Below, one piece after another: positions 14,283 through 27,838 of a DNA stretch of 64,000 nt. Position 1 is the stretch's first letter, and each line of letters opens with the position of its first letter. Made by a program: the position numbers and the translations under genes. The notes beneath the pieces are model-generated. The model searched no databases and had not been told where the DNA came from. It saw only the letters and a list, made by a program, of their open reading frames with translations. The DNA comes from Octopus vulgaris (taxonomy: Eukaryota): assembly GCA_951406725.2 (NCBI GenBank), contig OX597814.1:41106001-41170000 (forward strand). Direction: 5' to 3'.

Positions 14283-15272
14283 CTCTTTTACTTGTTTCAG
14301 TCATTTGACTGCGGCCATGCTGGAGCACCACCTTTAGTCGAGCAAATCGACCCCGGGACTTATTCTTTGTAAGCACAGTACTTATTCTATCGGTCTCTTT
14401 TTGCCGAACCGCTAAGTGACGGGATCGTAAACACACCAGCATCGGTTGTCAAGCAATGCTAGGGGGACAAACACAGACACACAAACACACATATATATAT
14501 ATATATATATATAATTTTAATCCAAACGGGAAACAAAAAAACAACAACAAGGGAACAATTACAGTATTATTATTAATAGGCGCTCAGGAAATGGAAGCAG
14601 GAAGGTATGACGTTTCGAGCGGAGCTCTTCGTCGGAAACATAAAGAAGGAAGAGAGAGGAAAGAAAGATCCCGGAGCGGGCAACGGAGATAGAGAAAAAA
14701 ACGGCTGGTGTTAGCAGAAGCACATGGTGAAAGGCGGATGTTTACGATAACAAGAGCAAAGTGGGTTTTTAAAGGCAAAAGAGTGGAGACAAGGTTGGTA
14801 ACGCAACAGATGTGTGTGTATGTGTGAGTGTGTGCGTGTGCGTGTGTGTATGTGTGTGTGTGAGGCGAGGTAAAAAAACAAAAAATATATGTATGTGTTA
14901 GTGTGTGCGTCTGTGTGTAGGCGTGTGAGGTAGGGCGAGACGGTGGTCAGCATAGCAGCAGCATAGCAGACAAAGGTCAGTAGTGAGAAAAGGGAGGAAG
15001 GAGGAAGGGAGGGAGGGAAGGGGTGGGGGCGTATGTAGCGTGCCAGCGTGTGTTGAGTGGTAGTGTGTGTGTGTGTCCAGTGTCGTGGTAGTATTAGTGG
15101 CGACATATATACGACAGGCTTCTTTCAGTTTCCGTCTACCAAATCCACTCACAAGGCATTGGTCGGCCCGGGGCTATAGCAGAAGACACTTGCCCAAGAT
15201 GCCACGCAGTGGGACTGTACCCGGAACCATGAGGTTGGTTAGTAAGCTACTTACCACACAGCCACTCCTGCG
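14283..15272 (-). mobile_element. tRNA-derived SINE split by a ~600 bp insertion
   Basis: 14283-14490 is the reverse complement of the 3' half, and 15110-15272 of the 5' half, of the intact SINE at 23597-24005. Unrelated sequence (~14515-15100) lies at its internal CA/TA microsatellite. Confidence 0.85.
14605..14639 (-). ncRNA. Minimal type I hammerhead ribozyme motif
   Basis: Minus strand reads GUUU-CCGACGA-A-GAGC-UCC-GCUC-GAAA-CG-UC-AUAC. It has a GUC cleavage triplet, a 4-bp stem II, a palindromic CG stem III and a U4C core variant. Confidence 0.7.
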
Positions 15273-18200
15273 CCTATATATATATATAATGGTGAGTTCA
15301 ATTAGAGGTTGTAAAAACCTGTAAGAATTTTTTATATCCAATGAATTGCTGGTGTATTACCTATATGTGATTATGAGTATTAGTATTACTGCACATAAAT
15401 GGTCGGTAACGAATGGGATAAACCGAAGTTTATCTATATTTAAGGAAAAATCAATCTAAGGAACAAAATCGAGATAGCACTGATAATTGATGAACAATTT
15501 ATTGATTACAATAAGACAAAATATCATCTAACAGCTGTTTCTGTCCTCGCTATATCATGGAAATAATAAGAAAAGGGAAAATAAAGATAAAAGAGTGAAT
15601 AAGAATATACCAATTGATGTTGCATGCCTTTCTTGAAAAATCATTCGAATGATTGAAAATTTTAGTTATACAATTAGAATAGTTTTAATAATTAGTGGTA
15701 CATCTATGTGTTGGGGAAGGCGTAAGCTGAATATAAAATACTGTTGGAGTATTTTGTTTACGTTGTACTGTAAATTGTAAAAAGGAAAAATGCCGAGAGT
15801 TACAGGACTCAAAGCGATAACAGTTAACCATCAGTTATTTATCCCTAATTTCCTAATCGATTAGCATAATGAAATTAAATGGAGAGCATTTCAAAATGCG
15901 AAAAATAAATTAGTTAAACTGGGAGTCGAAACATTTCTATTCTGCATAACTGATAATAGAGTCAGTCAAGACTTATCATACAATTCTACAAAATATAAAC
16001 ATAAACATTGGAATAAGTTACTGCTTGACCCATCTATATAACATAAATCAGGATTATTACAGAGAATATCAATAGTTTTGTATATGCTTACTTGTAAGTT
16101 TAGGTGAAAACATGCTGTGCTACCCCAGTTATGAAGTAGGATGTGTGAGGCTAGTTAAAAGGAGATTATTGGGAATATTTGTTGCAAAGGGTGATATACA
16201 TGAAGTCGCTTATATCCACGCAGATTGAACTATATACATATTGTAGAAACACGGAGATTATAAATGGTTAAGGGGAGGCAATTATGGATTTTTAAAGTAA
16301 TATTTCTAAGCTTATGTATATATTTCTCAGGGAGTTAAGATGATTTAACAAATATTATTTATGTGTTATATTATATAATATGTATGTATTGATGAGCGGG
16401 TTATATCTATATCTATGCATATGTGGCTACAATAGAAAAACATATTTCTATCTTAATTATGTATATATATATATATATGTATACTCTTATTATATAATAT
16501 ATGTTTCTATATAAATAATAATAAATAAATTCAAATGGGTCATATAGCTTTTCAGTTAACAAAAAAGAGAAGTGGAAACAATCAATTGAAACAAGGAAAA
16601 ACCTTTAAAAATGTTGTGCATATATGGCGGTGCCCCAGCATGGCCACAGCTCGTGAGCTGAAACTAGATAAAATAAAAATATATGCTTATGTGTGTACAC
16701 CAGTCCCAAACACTTACACGAACACGTTTATTCTCACATATACCAATATTTGTACATGTATATGTATGCATGAATGTATATGTACAAATACACAAGTTGC
16801 CATACAAATACAGATATATAGACATACATATTTACATTTATCTATATGTTATTAAAGAAAGAAAAATAAGGACGTACATATATTAGAGTAAAAAGTGGTT
16901 ATGTATGTTGCCATGTAAGAAGAGTGTTTATTTGTGTGGAGGAATGTGCTAATAGTAAAGTATTTGACTGGAGGGTGAGATTGGTGTATCTCTCTGAAGT
17001 TAGTAAAATGATGAATTGTAACAAACATGGGGGTAAATTAATGAATTAGTCATTTATGGTTAGGGGTAAAAATCTATGAATACTTTATTTTTCATGTTAA
17101 AATGCATATTAATAATATTAAACGTTGATGTAACTAAATTAGTTCTATTAATAGCCAATGAGATTACTAAACATTTGATTTTTGGTATTTTCTGTGTTGT
17201 TAATATACACTCAAGTAATATACAGTATGTTGAGAGGATTTGGGAATGTAATGCCTAATAACCTAGGGGTAAGTCTTCTCTGCTCCGATGTTGAGATTTT
17301 GCCCAATACAATGATATAATTACTGAATATAATTCTTTGGAGAAATTCGAAACAGCTGTAAGAGAATATGTTGAAGTTTTGATTTAATAAATTATATTAA
17401 TGTCACATCAGCCTTTTCTGAATTTTAAGTTAAATATTTATTAACTAAGATTTATACTTATACGTATTATTTTACGAATATAACTATCCATAAAAATGAT
17501 AAGCAATGAACCAGTAATTCATTAGATAATTGTATCCCTTAATGATGCTATTTTAACCTCAATTTGAATTAAATATATATTTATGTCACTATACATGTAT
17601 ATATATACATGTATGTATGTGTATATATATATATATGTGTGTATTATGTATGTTTACATATATATGTATTATGTGTGTCTGTGTGTATATGTGTGTGAGT
17701 GAAATGTCACAGTCGTCATGAAGTGACGAGTAGTTTACTGAAAGCAATTTCAACAATGTTTGAAGCGAACTCTATTCTCATGTCTTATAACAGCAAACTG
17801 CTCTTTTGAATAAGTAGATTTCCTCACACGTAGTATAACTGTGTACATGCAATCACCTATTTACACATTTATTCTCAAACATGCCCAAATATATATTTGT
17901 AGTCTTCTCTCTGGACTGAAATCGAGAGTAGCATGAACAATAGCAACTACAGTTCGACATGTAGTTTCGCTATTTTATAACTACCGCAGTATTCCTCAAC
18001 TCATTGGTTTGTTACTCGCATTTCTTATCTTCATAACAAGTGTCTTCAATATAACTACACTGAATTTTGAAGTTTGGATATTTCTAAATTTATTAATTTA
18101 TGCACGTCAGGTTTTTCAAATATTGACGCTAAAATAAAGGTAATTTAACCACAATAGCAATTCTACTCAATGAAAACTACTTTATAGTTAAATAGAACAG

Positions 18201-19194
18201 GGATGGCAAGATATCTGATTAAGCATCTAGTGATATACTTTTAATATCTTTAGCGTTTAATACATTATAACGAACTTCTAAACGTTGATAAGAATGGTAA
18301 ACATATGTAACTCGCATACAAAAACTAATCTCTTATGTATTAAATAAGTTGAAACAGAGAAAAGTTAAACACCCTATAAACATTTGCAGATTTAGCAAAT
18401 ATTTAGATTGGGCTTGGTTATAATACAGCTTGTAATTGATTTTATATTATAATAGTAACAATAAAAATATATTCCCTACACAAGTAATACTTCTGTAACT
18501 AGATAACATGCATGTTTAAGTTGTCGCAGTATTTGTAAATTTTTATTAACATTCATATAGCGCAAATAGGAATGTGCGTCGCAATGAAGTTAAAGAATTA
18601 TATTTTACAACGACGAAAGAAATATATGTCATGTTGCCTCGTTTGAACTTGAAAATGTATCTTAAATATTTATCTAATACCAGCAGAAGTATCCAGTATT
18701 GCTCGGGATTCAAATACTACTATGTTTTTGATATTTCGTACATTTCATGTGTCATAGATAACGTAAACGCCAAATTGTAACAAAACTGGTCGCTGATAGT
18801 AATAAAATTATAACAAAATCTGTCGTCATAAATTGTAACAAAATTGGTCACCGGGCACCGCTGAAGCCAAGCGGTAACAGTTTGCTGACATGAAGTCCTG
18901 AGCAGATTTTTAATCCTTCATTAGATGGTGTAACAATCACAGGGGAAGTAGCCCTGAAAGCGGCATTTTTGTCGTTCTCACAGCGATAACAATTTGATAA
19001 GAAGCACTGAAAAGTGCTGTAATGCGTTCTCATGTGGTGTAGTGATCATACGAAAAGTGGCCTTGAAAAGGGCCTTTTTTCGTTTACACCAAAAGTAACG
19101 GAACTGTTGCTGTGAAAAATGAAATTCTGTGAAAATAGATGACAAACCTAAGTTGGACAACGTAAAGAAACATGGTTGAAGTATATTATTAACT

Positions 19195-20385
19195 TTGGAA
19201 AGCAAATTTTGACCACGCAGTCACGAACATATCAAAACACCAAACCACGCCCAAAGCATATACAAAGAATATCAAATTCAAATAACCACATTCTGATACA
19301 TACGCTTATAGAAAAATACTTCATTGAAGTAAAAGAGTTCATCGAACTCGAGAAGATAATACACACTGACACATACATAAACGCCCAAGCGCGTCTACAT
19401 ACATTTTCAAAAGACAATCTTCCATAAAATTTACTGCCTTTTCATTACGAAACAAAAAAAAAATAAAAATTAATCGAACGCAAATAGTAAAATTCTTTAG
19501 AGCTATATTTGCAATAGATATGCTCTCATTTACATCTTTCAAAAACGTATTCCTAAGTAGAAATACAAAACCAATGTCAGAAAGAATATTTTTTCAACGC
19601 TAACATATGCGTACACAGGCAGACACACGCACACAAATACACACACGCACACAGATACAAACTCGCATACAGACACACAGCATACATATATACAAACCCA
19701 CACACATACACACAAAGGAAAACGTAAAGAGATGCGTACCACCATCAATTCACTAACGGATTCTAAACAATTAATAATACTTCCTCCAGCCAACAATGCA
19801 AAGGAATTACAAACGTATCAAAATATATAACATAAACGACAATTAAAGAGGCCAAAACTAAGATCGCATCAATTAACAAAAAAATTACGCTAATGAATGA
19901 ACACAATCACAGGAGGACAAACACAAAGATAAACACATTCAAACATTCACAGCCGACACTAAAATGTACTTACAGATACACACAGTAAAACACTCGCACA
20001 CACACACGCACATTAAAGGATACATATGTTCACCACTGATACTGGTGGTTGTAACATTGTAACATGAAGGTCGTAGTTGTGTGAAATTAGTGACGCCAGA
20101 GAGACTCACATGTTTAATCATTTAAACATTTCCTCTGCAACATGTATTAAACACATCTCTCCTATCCACTCTAGAGAACATAGATAGGAAGGTAGGTAGG
20201 TAGGTAGGTAAGTAAGTCGGTTGGTAGGTAGGTAGGTATGTAGGTAGGTATGTAGGGAGGTAGGTAGTTAGGTAGGTAGGTAGGTATGTAGGTAGGTAAG
20301 TAGGTAGCTAGACAGACAGTCAGGTAGATTGATCGACGAATATCTGGGTGGTATGATTCTTAGATAAATAAAAGCAAATCTATCT
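19195..20385. repeat. Copy 1 of a ~1.1-1.2 kb diverged direct repeat
   Basis: Collinear with 25727-26790. Shared strings include AAAGAATATCAAATTCAAATAAC, GACAATTAAAGAGGCCAAAACTAAGATCGCATCAATTAACAAAAAAA and GCCAGAGAGACTCACATGTTTAATCAT. Confidence 0.92.
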
Positions 20386-20429
20386 ACTGTTGATACATTT
20401 GATGTACAGGATTAAAACTTCTTTATCTA

Positions 20430-20705
20430 CTATTGTGTGTTTCTTCTCGAGCCACACCTAGCTCATAAGGGCCGGTTTCCTGGTTTCCTTGGCTTATAGG
20501 TTCCCCACTTGGACGGGACGCCCGTCCGTTGCAGTTGAGCTGCAAGATACAGGAGGAAAGAGTAAGAAAATGTTGTGGCGAAAGAGTCAGCAGAAGTACG
20601 CTATTACCTTCTGCCGGAGCCGCGTGGAGCTTAAGTGCTTCGCTTATAAACACACACATCGTCAGATCTGAGACTCGAACCCGCGATCCCTCGACCGCGC
20701 CATCT
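20430..20705 (-). mobile_element. tRNA-derived SINE
   Basis: The minus strand carries a B-box-like GGGTTCGAGTCTC after GCGGTCGAGGGATCGC. The body resembles part of the element at 36770-37265 (TACAGGAGGAAAGAGTAAGAAAATGTTGTGGCGAAAGAGTCAGCAG). Confidence 0.65.
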
Positions 20706-22404
20706 GCCTCCACTTTCTTCATCTACTCGGTCCAAGCAATACAATTCCGATGGAAGAAGCATTTCTACCGCAAATGTGATGGCGTTTTAAATTGAACCAC
20801 ATTTGGTAACACTGAATCAAAATATGTCAGGTGGCCATGAAATTCTCAGCCAACCCTCCTACATATGTATGCATGCATTTGTGCGAATATATAAGTTAAT
20901 ATATAACTTATATGTGTGTGCACGGTCGTGTGAGTGCATGTGTGTATGTGTGTGAATGTGTGTGTCTTCGTGCGAGTGTGTAAGTGCGTACGTGTGCACT
21001 TCTAGTATTATAGATGTGAATGTTTCACATAACATGCTTGATGATGAGTTGATAACTATTTGCGTACTGAAAGAATGAGACCGTACGCGTTACGTCTGGT
21101 ATGAAATTTTGCGTGGTATACTAGTTGTTCTTCTCTATAGACATCCACTTCACTGGTCCCCCTGAGAATAGGTTAACTGAAGCTGATATAAAACTTTCTG
21201 GAGGGTGATTTGTTCAGTAACACATTGTCCTTGTTGAAATTGATACTATTGCCATTATTATTCTTCACTCTTACGATAGTGAGCTGGTAGAATCTCTAGA
21301 TGGGCCGAGTTGATACAATATGATACAGCAGAGTGCTGTTCTCGATGTAATAGATTATATATTCCCATCAAATAGCGGGTACCAAGCGAAAGTTTGAAAA
21401 AAATATTCTCAGTGTCCTTGATTGGACTAATATTGTAGTTGTTATTCTATTTCTTGCTGTTAATTATTCTCTATTGCCTCTTCACTCTTCCAGGGGTATA
21501 TTTTACCCTCCTCTTTACTGTTCATATATGTGAATGCGTTGTGAATATGAATCTCTATCATCTTAAATATGTGAGAAATGCCCTCACCCCAGTCTTCATA
21601 TTGACATTCTATCTTCTAGCTACTGAATTATGTTATACCTCCCATTCTTAAGTCTGAATCTCTATTAACGCTGTACGTAATTCAAATAACTATTTATCAA
21701 GTTTTTGCCAAAAACGATAATAGGGTGTCGATAAGATAATGAAATATCACTAAGAAATTGTGTAATCTATCAACTGATTTACCGGAATAAATATGTGTGT
21801 GTGTCTGCGTATGTCTGTGTGTGTGTGTGTGTGTGTGTGCTCGTGCGCGTATGGGAGTGTGCGTGCATATATCTGTGATTATGATTTTTATCGATATTCA
21901 TGCATGGACACGACTAAAATATCGAGGTAAAATGGTACACATTTCACCCATAAAATAAACTGTGGTTATGAGTAGGGTGCCAATTACTTGTTATTGAGCT
22001 ACGTCATTTATCTAGAAATCTTTTGCTCCATCCCATGGAGTGAGCATTTCATCCTCTGACACAAAATCACTAAAACATATACATTCATTAACTTGAAAAT
22101 CATCTAAAAAAAATCACTGCAGATATCCACCTTTATTTCCTTCTAAACGTGAATGCATTGCAGAGGTATCAAACCATTATATCATTTTGGATACCCATGG
22201 TCTGATATTCAGCGTAAACGCAATACCGTGTTACAGCGAGGTTAGATTATGATTCGTCTGCGAATCATTTTATACTCAAGCTAAAATTTTGTATGAATGG
22301 TGGCAGTTGATCGTCTACTACTTTGCGGTGTCTCTTCAATATCGGTTGTGCCTTCAGTAAAATTATTCCTTCAGCTGCGTGCAATGTTTCTGTCAATGAT
22401 ACCA

Positions 22405-22655
22405 TCCTATTTCTTTATTACCCACAAGGGGCTAAACATAGAGGGGACAAACAAGGACAGACAACGGGATTAAGTCGATTACATCACCACTAGTGCGTAA
22501 CTTAACTGGTACTTAATTTATCGACCCTGAAAGGATGAAAGGCAAAGTCGACTTCGGAGAAATTTAAACTCAGAACGTAGCAGCAGACGAAATACCTTAC
22601 CGATAAGCATTTCACCCAGACAGCTAACATTTCTGCCACCTCGACGACTTGCTTA
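22405..22655 (-). mobile_element. SINE (family with CGACCCTGAAAGGATGAAAGGCAAAGTCGAC body)
   Basis: Related diverged copies occur at ~34025-34210 and ~47090-47275. The minus strand has a B-box-like GTTCTGAGTTTAAATTT. Confidence 0.75.
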
Positions 22656-23275
22656 TGTCAATGATACCATCCATGTAGTAAAATATGTGGCACACTGTGA
22701 AAATCACAAACCTGCACGCCTCCTTCGTCTTAAACGCAAAAATAGAATGCAGATTATGATTGCAAGCCATTATTTTCTTGCATTGAATACGTTCAAGAAA
22801 CATCTTATTAGAAAAGACTTACGTCAGTTACTTGTGCGAAATATTTGAATTGTGTCATTAAATAATAACAAAAGTTATGCTTACTTTTGCAATACTTTTA
22901 CGGCTAACTTTGCTTTTGTGAAAGTAAATATATGTAAGTATGTATGTATGTATGCGTGTATGTGTACAAGTGTGAACATTATATTTATTCGTCTAGGTAT
23001 AGTTTAGTACTATCGGATTCAAATAAGATTGTCACGTATATTCAATCGATATGAAATTTCTTATAGTCTAGAATCGACCATCGACTAAAATCCTTGCCGA
23101 AGGCAAGTCATTGCTAATCTTGTTATTATATAATCGAGAAATTTACCTTCATTACCTGAGAATATGTTCATTTCTACAAATCAATTTATATATTCATAAT
23201 TCTTCTGTACGATATAACTAAGATATGTATATCTGTGTGCGCGCGCGTGTATCAGTTTCTGTATATATATATATG

Positions 23276-23363
<88 letters not shown>

Positions 23364-23596
23364 CATACATACATACACCTGTGCACTTATATATATGCGT
23401 ATGATTATGAGTGCGTATTCTAATATGAGCAATGCACATACACAGGAATGTAGTTGTGATAAGGTTCATGTGTGCTTCATCTAAAACTACTAACAGTAAG
23501 AAAAGCCACAATGAAAACAACCAGAGCAAAAAAAAAAAAAATACAAGAGTAACATCACAAACATTTATGGTGATGATGATGATGATGATGATACTA

Positions 23597-24005
23597 AGGA
23601 GTGGCTGTGTGGTAAGTAGCTTGCTAACCAACCACATGGTTCCGGGTTCAGTCCTACTGCGTAGCATCTTGGGCAAGTGTTTTCTGCTACAGCCCCGGGC
23701 TGACCAATGCCTTGTGAGTGGATTTGGTAGACGGAAACTGAAAGAAGCCTGTCATATATATGTATATATATATATGCGTGTGTGTGTTTGTGTGTCTGCG
23801 TTTGTCCCCCCTAGCATTGCTTGACAACTGATGCTGGTGTGTTTACGTCCCCGTCACTTAGCGGTTCGGCAAAAGAGACCGATAGAATAAGTACTGGGCT
23901 TACAAAGAATAAGTCCCGGGGTCGATTTGATCGACTAAAGGCGGTGCTCCAGCATGGCCGCAGTCATATGACTGAAACAAGTAAAAGAGTAAAAGAGTAA
24001 GAGTA
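23597..24005 (+). mobile_element. Full-length tRNA-derived SINE (octopus-type)
   Basis: A-box TGGCTGTGTGGT and B-box GGTTCAGTCCT, an internal TA/TG microsatellite, and an (AGTAAAAG)n tail. Many partial copies occur in the window (11.2, 14.3, 16.6, 32.7, 42.8, 45.1, 56.9 and 57.4 kb). Confidence 0.9.
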
Positions 24006-24239
24006 ATAAGTTGAAGAAAAGTTGAAAAAGATACAAAAGGAAATGAGAATATTAGAATAATTAGGTTCTCTGAACAGTGTAGTGTCAATACTTGAGTGGA
24101 AAACAAAACGAGATTTGAAGACTTAATATTGTGATTTAAGCGCTGAAGCAGTGCATACGTAGACACATCCTCCTTGTATCTCAGTTCGAAAGGGATGTCC
24201 AAAAATTGTTATAACTTCTTCAGCAAAGACTCATGAGTC

Positions 24240-25620
24240 AGCACGCACAGAAGAGTAGCCAGCGGGATGCTCAGACGGTCCAAGTGCACGAGGCAAATTG
24301 CTTACGATAGGTGGTCGAAGTAATTTGCACCCGAGGTGTTTCTAAGTTTTGCAGCGTCCCAGGCCGTGAAGACGTATTCGAAATCGACCGATTTCAGGAC
24401 GGCTTAGAAGTAACAATGGATGGATTTAGTCCCAGCCCTATCGTATCCTAGATAGATGTGTGCGGGAATTTCGAACGTTTGCGCTTCACCTACTAGACTA
24501 CCGATGAGAAGCGCTAACATTTTCTCTAACTATTTTGCCAAAGATTGTTACGTATATTCAATCAATATGAAAATTCTTATGGTCTAGAATCGACCATCGA
24601 CAAAAATACTTGCCAAACTTTAGCAGAGTTATGGACGAATAACTCCATAGCACATTTCAAATGTCGGCGTCCTTTCTCAGCACCGTTACCAAAACACTTG
24701 GCATTCTTCCAACTAACAGCACAAGGAATTCTCCAGTTCCGTTGTCAGTTACTGCAGATGTCTACAAAAGAGTCATCCAAACAAACTTGACACGAGCCTA
24801 AAAGACACATAGGGCAGACCATTGAAACCAGAGAATATGCGGTTTGTGCTCTCGCTCGTACATATACTATTTCATTTACTGTTAACAGATTTACATTGAA
24901 CCTAACGTCCACTGCCGAGAGCATGCGCAAGGCGTCGATGACTCATTACTCTCCTACAATAGCTGCGCGAAGTGCTGCCGGAAAGCTGCGCACTCATTGT
25001 GAGAAGCATGCATTCTTACCGATCCAGAAACGACATATGATGTTGTTGCCATGGATCCCCTCTAATTTTCGAGCACATCGGTCAGTGTTAGTTCCTGTGT
25101 ACACTGGCCTTAGTTCGGACAACGCTGACTTTGTAATTTACCTGGACAAAAGTCAAGTGCATTTTACGCCGCTAGCAGGTCGGTCGCATTGCTTTTGCTA
25201 CGTTGCTAAGTAGTTCTCCATTTAATCTATTTGTATTGTTAGTTCTTTTCTAAAACGCTATAGTTTCTACTGTATTACACCTCTTCAGTGTGATCAACTA
25301 TCAGGTGTTGATGAATTTTTCCGCTTAATAATTTCAAAAATGCGGTCTCAGTATTGATTACGTACTAGCAAAACACCTTCCAACTTCTAGTAACTGGGTC
25401 CTTCACTACTGGACCTATCAAAATGAGCTGCGTAGATCACAAATTTCTGGTGCGTGTAGTGGACCAATTTGAATCGTTGATAACCTACACTATCCACTTC
25501 CATTAGCTGTATACGTACTCCGTCTAGGTACAATGTGGATGACCTGTTGTGGTAGCTCCATTTCCACAAATGCATATCAATATTTCAGTATGTATTTGTC
25601 AAGGCAGCTGAATCAATTTT
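24240..25620. pseudogene. Higher-GC, possibly ancient LTR-retrotransposon (Gypsy-like) pol remnant
   Basis: Only weak motif echoes: IDVCG and KTLGILPTNSTRNSP (integrase-like, + strand) and LYLDGVRI (YLDD-like, - strand). The strands are inconsistent. Confidence 0.2.
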
Positions 25621-25726
25621 AGTAGATTTTGAAGCATTGTACAACACTTACTACTACGTATTACAATCATTCCATGCGTCTAAAATATTATTCGATGTAG
25701 GGGAACTGAACACGGAACAACGTGGT

Positions 25727-26790
25727 TGGAAATCAAAATTTTTACCACGTAGTCACGATCATATCAAAACCCCAAAACACGCCCAAGACATACACAAAAG
25801 AATATCAAATTCAAATAACGACGTTCTGATACACACACTTATGCAAAAATACTTCATTGAAGTACAAGAGTAAGCTCAGCAAAATCAGAAAGATAATACA
25901 ATCTGACACATACATAAACGTCCAAGCGCATCTACATGTATTTTTAAAAGTCAATCTTCCATAAAATTTAGTGCACTTTCATTACGAAACAATAGATAAC
26001 GAAAATTAATCGAACGTAAATAGTAAAATTCTTTAGAGGTATACTTGCAATACATATGCTTTCATTTACATATTCAAAAAATCATCTTCAACATTAACAT
26101 ATGTGCACAAAGCAGACACACACACTCACAGACTGAAGTACAAACTCGCATATACACACACAGCATACATATATACAAACCCACACACAAACACACAAAG
26201 AAAAACGTAAAGAGATACGTACTACCACCAAATAACTAACGGATTCTAAACAATTAATCACACTTCCTCCAGGCTGCAATGCAAAGGAATTACAAACATA
26301 TCAAAATACATAACAGAAACGACAATTAAAGAGGCCAAAACTAAGATCGCATCAATTAACAAAAAAATTACACTAATCAATGAACACAATCACGGGAAGA
26401 TAAACACAAAGATACGCACATATACACACACTCAAACATTCACAGCCGACAGTGAGATATACTCACAGATACACAAAGTCAAACACTCGCGCACACACAC
26501 ACATATTAAAGGATATATATACACCACCAATACTGGTGGGTGTAACATTGTAACCTGAAGTTCGTAGTTTTATGAAATTAGTGCCGCCAGAGAGACTCAC
26601 ATGTTTAATCATCTAAACATATCCTCTGCAACATGTATTAAGCGCGTGTCTCTGATTCGCTCTAGAGAACATAGATAGGAGGGTAGGTTGGTAGGTGGGC
26701 TGTTAGGTAGGCAGCTGGCAGACAGACAGGTAGACTGATCGATGAAATGCTACATGGTAAGATTGTTGGATAAATAAGATGTAATCCATA
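25727..26790. repeat. Copy 2 of the ~1.1-1.2 kb diverged direct repeat
   Basis: Collinear with 19195-20385. Confidence 0.92.
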
Positions 26791-26925
26791 TGCATATGTT
26801 ATGCCTATACATTTCGAAGTTCTAATATATGACTCTTGTAGCAGATGACATGGAGACATCTCTCTTCGTATGGAAATATATTGTGTAGATTCATACACGC
26901 GCATTTAAATACTCACACGCACACA

Positions 26926-27029
<104 letters not shown>

Positions 27030-27082
27030 GCACACACACACATTTCATACACCTGCATTTAAATACTCACACGCACACACGC

Positions 27083-27158
<76 letters not shown>

Positions 27159-27208
27159 GCACACACACACATTTCATACACGCGCATTTAAATACTCACA
27201 CGCACACA

Positions 27209-27267
<59 letters not shown>

Positions 27268-27364
27268 CGGGAAGCTTTATGAAAGTAGACAAAAGACGAA
27301 GGCAGGTGGAAAACAAACAAACAATTGTATTAATATGGCGCTCAGGAAATATAAATAGAACAAT

Positions 27365-27402
27365 TCTTTAACGTTTCGAGCCTACGCTCTTCAACAGAAA
27401 GA
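27365..27402 (-). ncRNA. Minimal type I hammerhead-like motif
   Basis: Minus strand reads UCUUU-CUGUUGA-A-GAGC-GUAG-GCUC-GAAA-CG-UU-AAAGA. Stem I is a perfect 5 bp and stem II is 4 bp. There is one core substitution (A6U). Confidence 0.65.
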
Positions 27403-27562
27403 TACACACAGAAAAAAACACAGAAAGAAGGAGAGAAAAAATGCGTGCAGTAACTAACGAATCAACATGGCGATCTGATTTCGGCCAGAAGTCAAATATC
27501 AAGCATGAGACGCGAGAGCGAAATTAGGGGAGATAATAGGGTTGAATGACCTGCTCCAACAT

Positions 27563-27795
27563 AAGGGTGTGTGTGTGTGTATGTATGAGAGAGTATTAGT
27601 GCGTATGAGAGGTCTGGACGTGTGTATGTATAGGGTTGGTGTATGTATTAGTATGTATTAGTATGTATTAGTATGTATAAGGGTGTGTGTGTGTGTGTGT
27701 GTATGAGAGAGTATTAGTGCGTATGAGAGGTCTGGACGTGTGTATGTATAGGGTTGGTGTATGTATTAGTATGTATTAGTATGTATATATATTAG

Positions 27796-27800
<5 letters not shown>
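27563..27800. repeat. ~115 bp tandem duplication
   Basis: TAAGGG(TG)n...GAGAGAGTATTAGTGCGTATGAGAGGTCTGGACGTGTGTATGTATAGGGTTGG...(TATGTATTAG)n occurs twice. Confidence 0.9.

Positions 27801-27838
<38 letters not shown>

Noticed and set aside
15525-15560. GAAA-CAGCTG-TT half motif on the minus strand
   Set aside because: No recognisable CUGANGA strand. It is probably a decayed family member but is unsupported alone.
17276-17366. TTCTCT..CCGATGT...GAAA-CAGCTG-TA-AGAGAA hammerhead-like relic
   Set aside because: The core is mutated and the spacing is off. It is mentioned only as a weak relic and not listed as a feature.
23597-23670. tRNA-like A and B boxes (also at ~37200-37260 and ~53960-54025)
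   Set aside because: These are SINE heads attached to repeated bodies, with no complete cloverleaf, so they are not tRNA genes.
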